Source: an uncultured bacterium
Lineage (GTDB): Bacteria > Patescibacteriota > Minisyncoccia > Phycocordibacterales > Phycocordibacteraceae
Direction of reading: 5' to 3'
DNA length: 64,000 bases
Assembly (NCBI GenBank): GCA_963759775.1
Contig: CAVXAH010000001.1
Location: 144,682 to 208,681 of the forward strand
Positions within the stretch are counted from its first letter, which is position 1, and each line of letters opens with the position of its first letter. Made by a program: the position numbers and the translations under genes. The notes beneath the pieces were generated by a model. The model was not told the DNA's origin, did not search any database, and saw only the letters and a program-made list of their open reading frames with translations. This document shows positions 9,695-17,101 of the stretch, one piece after another.

Positions 9695-10879
9695 ATGGGA
9701 GAGAGCATGGATACTGTTATTTTCTTTGCGTATATTCTTGCGCTTTCTTTTTCCCTTTTTGTCGCCGGAGCACTCCTTGGCGCGCTTTTTTCTGCCCCAA
9801 TCCGAAAAAAAATAACCAAGCTTGTGCTTGGCGGAAGACATCGAACTGACCTTGACCTCTCAAAGACCTCTACAAACCCGCTCATAAAACCCGCGAGACA
9901 TCCGTGGGAAGCCGTTGCAACTTTCAACCCTGCGGCGCTCATGCTTGGCGACCGTATTCATCTTCTCTACCGTGCTATCGGAGTTGATGGCCTTTCACGC
10001 CTCGGCTACGCATCTACAAAAAATGCAGTCGTTATTGACGAGCGCCTTACGTCTCCGGCATACAGTCCACAAAACCCACGCATTGGCCTCCCCGGTCATA
10101 GGCGCTACTCACCCGTGCTCTACCCTTCTGGCGGAAGCTGGGGCGGTGTTGAGGACCCACGCATCGTCACCATTTCTGGAAGAGTATACGTTTCTTTTTC
10201 AGTATTTGATGGGTGGGACAACGTACGCATTGGACTTATTTCCATAAGCGAGGAAGATTTTCTCGCAAAGCGATTTGGAAACTGGAGCGCAGTTACTCTT
10301 CTCTCCCCTCCCGGCCAAATTCATAAAAACTGGGTCTTGTTCCCCGAAAAGATAAACGGCAAATTCGCGCTCATTCACAGCATTACTCCAAAAATTGAAA
10401 TCACGTATCGCGATTCGCTTGAAGCCATTGGAAATACAGAGCCCTATATTCAAAGTTGGAAAGGTGCACGCGACGCACGAAAAACACACGGTGAATTTTG
10501 GGACAGCTTTGTGCGCGGTGCCGGTCCACCGCCTCTTAAAACCGAACATGGCTGGTTGCTCTTTTATCATGCAATAGATGAGCGTGACCCCGGCAAGTAC
10601 AAACTCGGTGCGATGCTTCTTGACCTTAATGACCCGACAAAAGTGCTCCATCGTTCAAGCATTCCTGTTCTTTCGCCCGAGGAAAACTACGAGAACGAGG
10701 GGAAACCAGGCGTTGTGTATGCCTGTGGCGCGGTTATTCGGGGAGAAATGCTATACGTCTATTACGGCGGCGCCGACAAAGTGGTGTGTGTTGCCTTCGC
10801 GCCGCTTCGTACCTTTCTTAAGGCACTCATGTCCGGGAAGCGTGCGATACTAGTAAAAGCTCAAAATCCCAACACCTAA
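9695..10879 (+). CDS. GH130-family glycoside phosphorylase/hydrolase with N-terminal membrane anchor
   Basis: An N-terminal TM helix is followed by NP...WE..A.FNPAA, GVEDPRI, GAGPPPLKTEHGWLLFYHA and YKLGAMLLDLNDP...VYYGGADK, the beta-propeller signature of GH130 (mannoside-phosphorylase family). Confidence 0.75.
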   Translation: MGESMDTVIFFAYILALSFSLFVAGALLGALFSAPIRKKITKLVLGGRHRTDLDLSKTSTNPLIKPARHPWEAVATFNPAALMLGDRIHLLYRAIGVDGLSRLGYASTKNAVVIDERLTSPAYSPQNPRIGLPGHRRYSPVLYPSGGSWGGVEDPRIVTISGRVYVSFSVFDGWDNVRIGLISISEEDFLAKRFGNWSAVTLLSPPGQIHKNWVLFPEKINGKFALIHSITPKIEITYRDSLEAIGNTEPYIQSWKGARDARKTHGEFWDSFVRGAGPPPLKTEHGWLLFYHAIDERDPGKYKLGAMLLDLNDPTKVLHRSSIPVLSPEENYENEGKPGVVYACGAVIRGEMLYVYYGGADKVVCVAFAPLRTFLKALMSGKRAILVKAQNPNT

Positions 10880-10883
10880 AACT

Positions 10884-12782
10884 ATGTTTACTGTCCGACG
10901 TTCACCCCACAACCCAATCCTCTCGCCACGCCGCGAGCATCCCTGGGAAGCGCTCGCTGTTTTCAACCCGTCGGTCGTACAGGCCACAGACGGATTCCGG
11001 ATGTACTATCGTGCTCTTTCAAACCCCGACGCCCTCATCTCTCCCTACGCTGGCCAGTCAACTATTGGCGAAGCATTTTCGGAAGATGGGGCGCATTTTC
11101 ACTCACGTCGCCAAGTGCTCGTTCCGCAAGAACCTTGGGAAGCGTTTGGCTGTGAAGACCCGCGCGCAACAGTTTTTGAAGGAGTGACCTATCTCTCTTA
11201 CACCGCGATTGGCGGCTTCCCTTTTTCTGCGGACAACATCAAGGTCGCTATCGCCGTTGCAAAGGATGGGAAAAATTTTACCGAGCGACACCTTGCGACA
11301 CCTTTTAACGCGAAAGCCTTTGCACTTTTCCCCGAGCGCGTGGGCGGCAAAGTGGCCGCACTCCTTGCGGTACACACCGACCGGCCACCTTCAGAGATTT
11401 GTCTTGTGCTCGCCGATCGTGTGGAGGACTTCTGGTCAGCTGAGTTTTGGAAAAAGTGGTATGCCGACTGGCAAAGCCATGCCCTCAAACTTCGTCGAGA
11501 CGAGCGCGACCATGTGGAAGTCGGCGCGCCTCCTATAAAAACTGATGAGGGGTGGCTTCTCTTCTATTCCTATATAGAAGATTATTTTGGCGGTGGCGAG
11601 CGCGTCTTTAGTGTTGAGACGGCTCTGCTTGAGACAAATGACCCTTCAAAAATTGTGGCGCGCACAGAGTCCATCCTCGTTCCTGAAGAAATTTATGAGC
11701 GGTACGGCATTGCGCCAGACATTGTGTTCCCGACAAGCGTCGTGCGAAGCGATGAAGACACGATTGACCTCTGGTATGGCGCGGCCGACACCACCTGCGC
11801 GAAGGCTTCAATTCGCTTCTCTGATTTGCTTGATGCACTCTCTCCGAAAAAGGCGCGCGCGCTTACGCGCGCGAAAGAGAATCCGATTCTCACTCCTCGT
11901 GGAGATGGCTTTGAAAGTCTCGCGGTCTTTAATACTGCGGCGGTTGACATTGACGGCTCGGTTCGTCTCCTCTATAGAGCGATGGACCATGCACACACCT
12001 CTACTATAGGACTCGCAGAGAGTGGCGACGGCATTCATATTGATTCCCGGTCATCGACTCCTGTGTACGTGCCGCGTGCCGATTTTGAGCAAAAACGTGG
12101 AAGCCAAGACGGTAACTCCGGTTGCGAGGACCCACGCGCGGTTGTGATAGACGACCGTCTGTATATGACCTATACGGCGTACGACGGCGTGGTTTCGCCG
12201 CGTGGTGCAATAAGCTCTATTTCTCTTGATGATTTTCGTGCCAAACGCTTTGACGCGTGGAGCACGCCTTTCCTTTTGACACCAGACAATGTGGACGACA
12301 AAGACTTGGCCCTACTCCCGGAAAAAGTAAAAGGAAACTTCTTGCTCTACCACCGCATCAGCAGTCGCATTTGCGCCGATCTTCTTCCTGATCTCGCTTC
12401 CGGCAAACGCGTCTCGCGTTGCATTGAAATCCTTGGACCACGCCACGGCATGTGGGACGGCGTACGCATAGGCATGGCGGGACCACCTATAAAAGTAGAG
12501 GCAGGCTGGCTCTTCATTTATCACGGTGTCTCACGGCACGGCACGTATCGTCTTGGTGCGGCACTTCTTGACCCCTCCGGTACCGAGGTGCTTGCGCGCA
12601 GCGCCGACCCTCTCTTCGAGCCTGAGACTGACTACGAAATGAAAGGTGAAGTTAACCGAGTTGTCTTTTCTTGCGGGCAGGTTGTACGCGGCGACACGCT
12701 CTTCCTCTACTACGGTGGCGCCGATACAGTTACCGGTGTTGCAACCGGCTCTTTGTCGCATATTGTGAAAACGCTGTCATAA
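10884..12782 (+). CDS. tandem double GH130 domain protein
   Basis: There are two complete GH130 modules. The first runs from NPILSPRREHPWEALAVFNPSVV...CEDPRA...LWYGAADT. The second runs from NPILTPRGDGFESLAVFNTAAV...CEDPRA...LYYGGADT. Confidence 0.75.
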   Translation: MFTVRRSPHNPILSPRREHPWEALAVFNPSVVQATDGFRMYYRALSNPDALISPYAGQSTIGEAFSEDGAHFHSRRQVLVPQEPWEAFGCEDPRATVFEGVTYLSYTAIGGFPFSADNIKVAIAVAKDGKNFTERHLATPFNAKAFALFPERVGGKVAALLAVHTDRPPSEICLVLADRVEDFWSAEFWKKWYADWQSHALKLRRDERDHVEVGAPPIKTDEGWLLFYSYIEDYFGGGERVFSVETALLETNDPSKIVARTESILVPEEIYERYGIAPDIVFPTSVVRSDEDTIDLWYGAADTTCAKASIRFSDLLDALSPKKARALTRAKENPILTPRGDGFESLAVFNTAAVDIDGSVRLLYRAMDHAHTSTIGLAESGDGIHIDSRSSTPVYVPRADFEQKRGSQDGNSGCEDPRAVVIDDRLYMTYTAYDGVVSPRGAISSISLDDFRAKRFDAWSTPFLLTPDNVDDKDLALLPEKVKGNFLLYHRISSRICADLLPDLASGKRVSRCIEILGPRHGMWDGVRIGMAGPPIKVEAGWLFIYHGVSRHGTYRLGAALLDPSGTEVLARSADPLFEPETDYEMKGEVNRVVFSCGQVVRGDTLFLYYGGADTVTGVATGSLSHIVKTLS

Positions 12783-12794
12783 ATGCGAAGCGCT

Positions 12795-13544
12795 ATGCCT
12801 GAGCTTGTTATTTTTGACTTAGACGGCACGCTCACAAGAAGCAAACAGGCCCTCGCGCCCTCGATGACAAGACTCCTTGCGGAGCTTCTTGCCCGCACGA
12901 AAGTCGCCATCATTTCAGGCGGCGCATTTCTCCAGTTTGCAAAACAGGTTGTTGCGGAACTTGGGGATGACGCAGATATTGAAAACCTGTACATACTCCC
13001 TACTTCCGGCGCCGCCCTCTACGAGTGGCGTGCACGTGCATGGCAGAAAGTTTATGAAGAGCGCATTTCGGAAAATGATGCGAAACACATTGAAGAAGCC
13101 ATACGTATGGTCTCTCAAGAAACCGGACTCGTAGATTTCTCCACGCCATCCTACGGTGAGCGTATTGAGTACCGTGGCGCACAGGTCACTCTCTCTGTCC
13201 TTGGTCAACAGGCACCCCTTTCCGAAAAAGAAGCGTGGGATCCGACCAAAGAGAAACGCCACACGCTTCAGAGTGCGCTCGCCGCCCGTTTACCCGGATA
13301 CACCGTTACCATGGGCGGCAAGACGTCTATTGATGTAACGCGCGAAGGTATAGATAAGGCTTACGGCATTCACCAGCTTTCAAAGCGCCTCAAAATTCCA
13401 GAATCCTCCATGCTCTACGTAGGAGACGAGCTTGGGGCGGGTGGAAATGACGAGGCAGCTTATAAAACCAATGTGAAAACACGCGCGGTCGCCCACCCAG
13501 AAGAAACGAAAGAACTCATCAATGAATTGCTGGTGCTCGGTTAA
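12795..13544 (+). CDS. HAD-IIB hydrolase resembling eukaryotic-type phosphomannomutase
   Basis: It has the DxD nucleophile motif VIFDLDGTLT, then ISGG, GGKTSIDVTREGIDKAYG and GDELGAGGNDEAAY, as in PMM/Sec53-type enzymes. Confidence 0.65.
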   Translation: MPELVIFDLDGTLTRSKQALAPSMTRLLAELLARTKVAIISGGAFLQFAKQVVAELGDDADIENLYILPTSGAALYEWRARAWQKVYEERISENDAKHIEEAIRMVSQETGLVDFSTPSYGERIEYRGAQVTLSVLGQQAPLSEKEAWDPTKEKRHTLQSALAARLPGYTVTMGGKTSIDVTREGIDKAYGIHQLSKRLKIPESSMLYVGDELGAGGNDEAAYKTNVKTRAVAHPEETKELINELLVLG

Positions 13545-13551
13545 AGACGAG

Positions 13552-13575
13552 AATACTACCATATATGGTAGTATT
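13552..13575. terminator. perfect 24 nt palindrome between convergent genes (possible bidirectional terminator, no U-tract)
   Basis: The sequence aatactaccata|tatggtagtatt lies between the HAD gene stop (13544) and the helicase stop (13595). Confidence 0.3.
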
Positions 13576-13594
13576 GAGAATAAATAAAATTAGA

Positions 13595-15262
13595 CTAGTT
13601 GCGACAAAGTCGCGCGAGACGGATAGTTTCGTAGGAATATTCTCCGCGAAGCGCATTAAAAACTGGCGCAAGTCGGTCGCTGGTTGCTGTTCTAAATGCT
13701 TCGCGTATTTCATCACGCGCACTCTGCGAAAGTAGGTGCTCAAAGTCGTTTTTCACCAGTGTGCCGAGTTCGGCAAGATCTTCAAGATGTTTCACCACCG
13801 TGCTTTCGGTGAGTCCGCGCGCTTTCGCCGCGTCTTTGAGACTCCTTGCATCCCGCACCGCAGAAAGCGTCTCCGCAAGTCTTCCCGGCATCCCCTTAAC
13901 ACTTTTCTTCCCACTTCCTGCTTCCAGATCGCCGCTTACTGTGACCCCGCCCATTACCTTCACATATCTCTTTTGCATTTCTACTATTTCAAGCGGCGGA
14001 AGATTCGAAAACGTGCCGTTCGCGGTTTCTGATAGTTCCCGAAACTCTATATCTTTCTCAAGAATCTCTGGATGTACCGCAAGCGCGCGTTCATTGATAC
14101 CAAGGAGGTGAAGCCCCTCAAGCCGGCGCACACGCGAAAGCGCCACGTACCCTTGCCCATATTCAAATGCTTGCGAAAGGTCTATCACTGCCGCGTCCAT
14201 GCTCATGCCTTGGCTCTTATGTACCGTCATGGCGTACGCAAGGCGGAGGGGCACTTGAGCAATTGAGGCCTTCACCTTCCCATTTTCTTCCACCTGCCAT
14301 TCCATGGGCTCCGCCGTTACATACTTCCCGTCCTTTACCCGTACGACTGGCAGACCGCTCCCCAGCTCAAAATCTGCAACCGTACCGAGTGTGCCGTTTA
14401 CAAATTTCCCCTGGGGAGAGTTTTTCGTAAACATGACTGCCGCACCCATCTTAAGCTCAAGCACCTCAGGCGAAAGACATCCGCGCATAAGACCTTCCAC
14501 CATGGAATCCTTTCCTTTTGAACTCATATAGAATTTCTTGGGAACACCCTTGAGCTTGGCGAGCTCCGCCGCATTGATACGATCTACATCAGCATTGTGC
14601 GAAAAAAGTCTTGGGAGCCCTTCGGGAGTTTTCTCCACTTCCATTTTGCGCGCCATGAGGTGTTCGTAGTGCAGTTCCTCCACTGTACCGCTTCGTATTG
14701 CAGAAAGTACCGAAAGAAAATGCACATCATCTTGGCGGTGTTGCTCCGTGAGATAGCAGATAAGGGGGTTCTGCGCATGCCATGAGGCGGAGTCGTAGGC
14801 AAATTTCACTTCACGACCCATTTTCGCGACGGGCGGAAGCTGAAAAAAGTCGCCGACCAAAATTACCTGCAGTCCGCCAAATGGTTTTGCGACTCGCCGG
14901 ACTTCCCTACACACGGCATCCGCCGCTTCAAAGGTTGCGGCAGAAAGCATTGAAACTTCATCAATAATGAGCACTTTTGCTTTTTGAATACGGCGTGCCA
15001 CATGCTCCTTACTTGCGATTCGGTCTACCTCGGCACGCGAAAGCGAGTCGGCGATACCAATCCCACTCCACGAGTGGAGCGTCATACCGCCCACGTGTGT
15101 TGCGGCAATTCCTGTTGCGGCCGTAACCGAGGGTTCAATGCCGCACGCACGAAGCCATGCGACAAACGCATTAATGGTGTGCGTCTTTCCACTCCCCGGC
15201 TCCCCAGTAAGAAATACGTTTGCACCCGTTTTTAAAATAGTGAGTGCTTCCGCCTGCGTCAT
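13595..15262 (-). CDS. PIF1/RecD-like superfamily 1 DNA helicase with C-terminal HTH domain
   Basis: It has Walker A LTGEPGSGKTH, Walker B VLIIDEVSML, QLPPV, and the late motifs TVHKSQGMS and GQGYVALSR. The likely start is MTQAEAL at 15262; the ORF-track extension to 15364 reads through a repeat element. Confidence 0.85.
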   Translation of the reverse strand: MTQAEALTILKTGANVFLTGEPGSGKTHTINAFVAWLRACGIEPSVTAATGIAATHVGGMTLHSWSGIGIADSLSRAEVDRIASKEHVARRIQKAKVLIIDEVSMLSAATFEAADAVCREVRRVAKPFGGLQVILVGDFFQLPPVAKMGREVKFAYDSASWHAQNPLICYLTEQHRQDDVHFLSVLSAIRSGTVEELHYEHLMARKMEVEKTPEGLPRLFSHNADVDRINAAELAKLKGVPKKFYMSSKGKDSMVEGLMRGCLSPEVLELKMGAAVMFTKNSPQGKFVNGTLGTVADFELGSGLPVVRVKDGKYVTAEPMEWQVEENGKVKASIAQVPLRLAYAMTVHKSQGMSMDAAVIDLSQAFEYGQGYVALSRVRRLEGLHLLGINERALAVHPEILEKDIEFRELSETANGTFSNLPPLEIVEMQKRYVKVMGGVTVSGDLEAGSGKKSVKGMPGRLAETLSAVRDARSLKDAAKARGLTESTVVKHLEDLAELGTLVKNDFEHLLSQSARDEIREAFRTATSDRLAPVFNALRGEYSYETIRLARLCRN

Positions 15263-15321
15263 CGGGCGATTATATCCTAGAGCACGTTCAAAAACCCTAA
15301 CCCGAAGGCGAGTGCATGCAT

Positions 15322-15398
15322 CGGAGGGGGTTGCGAAGCGCGACGGCGCGAGCATTTCAGGCATTTTTTCAGCAGAAAAAATGCCGTACCCGAGGAGG
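15322..15398. repeat. 77 nt intergenic repeat, copy 1 (family A), with 10 bp hairpin at 15360-15385
   Basis: About 85 percent identical to 26059-26135. The hairpin is ggcatttttt-cagcag-aaaaaatgcc. The other copy has ggtatttttt...aaaaaatacc, a compensatory change. Confidence 0.8.
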
Positions 15399-15434
15399 CA
15401 TGCACCCGCCTGAGGGAGGTTTCGGAATTTGCGA

Positions 15435-16121
15435 TTAGTACCCGGCTATGAGTTCCATTCCACTCGAGTCCGATAGTTGCTTAAATCTACTCGTCGTTGC
15501 CGTTGTTTCTGGCTTCCCAATCAAAGTTGCATACACGACAAGCCGTTTATCGTAGGTCATTCCTTCCTTCGCGTCATATATCCAATTTCCATCACACGTA
15601 ATCAGGGTCAGGCGTGCTCCCTCTGTGGGATTGCTTGTAATAGCCCGCATGGGCACTTCGTGGTACGGGTACGTCACAAGTTCGTCAACCGTAAACTGAT
15701 GTGATTCCCCGCGCCGATTCGTCACTTCTATCACCTCTCCGACTTTCAAACTTGCAAGATTCTTGAAAACCCCAGAAAGGCCGAGACCGTTGTTCCGGTG
15801 ACCATACATGACTGCCGTTCCCGACTGCCCCGGAGCAGGGCCGTAGCCATACCAGCCAACGTCATTATAGTTTTTAGGTGCCGCCATGCGATCGCCCTCA
15901 GTGACTCCAAGATCTTGTACAAAAGCGTCTATTGAAAGCGCTGCGATGGTGATACGGAGTGGGCGAAGCTCGGCGAGTGGAATATAAGGATACAAATTTT
16001 GAGTGGGGCTGGTTTCCGTGTGTGGCGCAAATACGAAAGCGTATGCCGTCGTGCGTACCAAAAGAATGGCCGCGACCAACATTGCCGCACCCACTCCATA
16101 CGTGAATAGGTGACGTGTCAT
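15435..16121 (-). CDS. sortase (transpeptidase) with N-terminal membrane anchor
   Basis: It has the catalytic His context VMYGHRN, the TLxTC motif RLTLITCDG and a downstream Arg (KRLVVYA). Confidence 0.8.
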   Translation of the reverse strand: MTRHLFTYGVGAAMLVAAILLVRTTAYAFVFAPHTETSPTQNLYPYIPLAELRPLRITIAALSIDAFVQDLGVTEGDRMAAPKNYNDVGWYGYGPAPGQSGTAVMYGHRNNGLGLSGVFKNLASLKVGEVIEVTNRRGESHQFTVDELVTYPYHEVPMRAITSNPTEGARLTLITCDGNWIYDAKEGMTYDKRLVVYATLIGKPETTATTSRFKQLSDSSGMELIAGY

Positions 16122-16357
16122 AGAGTGCTATCGCTGTGCGAGTACTCGTGTTGGTAGGTCTTGCGCAAATAACCAGACCCAAAGAGAAGGATAGCCAAAG
16201 AGCCCGCGATGAGTATGGCGTTAAAAATTGCACTTGCTCCTGCTCCTGTATTTGGTGTGGTCGTTGCGTACAGTGTTTGCGCAGAAGCCACATTCGCACT
16301 AAGCAACAGGAATGAGGAGAGAGTGAAGGTTCTGACGATGTTGGAGAGTAGTTTCAT
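16118..16357 (-). CDS. 79 aa mini-protein: signal peptide plus PxTG sorting signal only (putative minimal sortase substrate)
   Basis: The sequence is MKLLSNIVRTFTLSSFLLLSANVASA|QTLYATT-TPNTG-AGASAIFNAILIAGSLAILLFGSGYL-RK.... Its stop overlaps the sortase start (ATGA at 16118-16121). Confidence 0.6.
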   Translation of the reverse strand: MKLLSNIVRTFTLSSFLLLSANVASAQTLYATTTPNTGAGASAIFNAILIAGSLAILLFGSGYLRKTYQHEYSHSDSTL

Positions 16358-16405
16358 ACGAGCAGGTGAGAGTGATGCCGCTCGAACGAGAGATGTATGA
16401 CAGAA

Positions 16406-16963
16406 CTAGCGAATGCCGGTATCGCAAGAAATGTCGGCTGTTTTATAACCGCTTGGTGCGACCGTAACATCCACAGGGCTACACGTCGGCATGACCTGAC
16501 CTCCTCGCGCAGTGAGTGTGTAGTTGCCCGGTGGGAGTGAAAATTGAAATGCGCCCTTTGCATCAGACTTCGTCGTTGCAAAGACTTGTGTAGAACCTCT
16601 ACGGTATACAGAAACGTTTGTGGCGTATGGCCTGTCGGCGCACTCTGGGTCCGGAGGGTCGCGCATCACCGGACACGTTGGACCAAGAGATACTATGCCG
16701 CGCACGCCCGAGTTGTAAGGTGAAATTCCCTGCCCGCCATCGGTAGTGCTGGTGGCAACTGGGCACACTGCAAAGTCGCACGAAGGCGACACGCGGCTAA
16801 CGTACGAGCCGTCAGGACAGAGCTTCGCATCTTGTGCACAAATACCTTGATTTTGAGAAGGGGCGGCGTGTTTGTTCGCTGCACTCGCAAGCACGTAGGC
16901 AATTCCCGTTAGTACGGCAATTATGAACACAATTGCTATGGTTTGATTCCAGTTCCAATTCAT
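16406..16963 (-). CDS. membrane-anchored Cys-rich protein with carboxypeptidase-regulatory-like (prealbumin-fold) domain
   Basis: An N-terminal TM (IAIVFIIAVLTGIAYVLA) is followed by two Cys-rich segments and VSVYRRGSTQVFATTKSDAKGAFQFSLPPGNYTLTA. It is the first gene of the sortase operon. Confidence 0.5.
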   Translation of the reverse strand: MNWNWNQTIAIVFIIAVLTGIAYVLASAANKHAAPSQNQGICAQDAKLCPDGSYVSRVSPSCDFAVCPVATSTTDGGQGISPYNSGVRGIVSLGPTCPVMRDPPDPECADRPYATNVSVYRRGSTQVFATTKSDAKGAFQFSLPPGNYTLTARGGQVMPTCSPVDVTVAPSGYKTADISCDTGIR

Positions 16964-17101
16964 GCGCCGCGTGTGTTCGTCGTTCTATGAATACTATGTA
17001 ATACCATTGTCTATCCTGACGTACAGACGTTTTGAATATTACGCCTCGCCGTAACTCTAACGAAGTTAAACGTCGTTACTTTCGCACGTTATACTGTTTC
17101 C

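Noticed and set aside
13552-13575. A perfect 24 nt AT-rich palindrome read as a transcription-factor operator.
   Set aside because: It lies between two convergent stop codons with no promoter nearby. It is more simply a weak bidirectional terminator or stabilising hairpin. It is kept only as a low-confidence feature.
15263-15364. N-terminal extensions offered by the ORF track: the helicase to 15364, the nuclease to 26088, SMC to 42645, the surface protein to 55896, DUF1360 to 20605, rnc to 45632, and the membrane protein to 5586.
   Set aside because: The extensions run through intergenic repeats, terminators or the neighbouring gene. They are basic or low-complexity in composition. Internal Met codons coincide with conserved N-termini and with -10 boxes 6-9 nt upstream.
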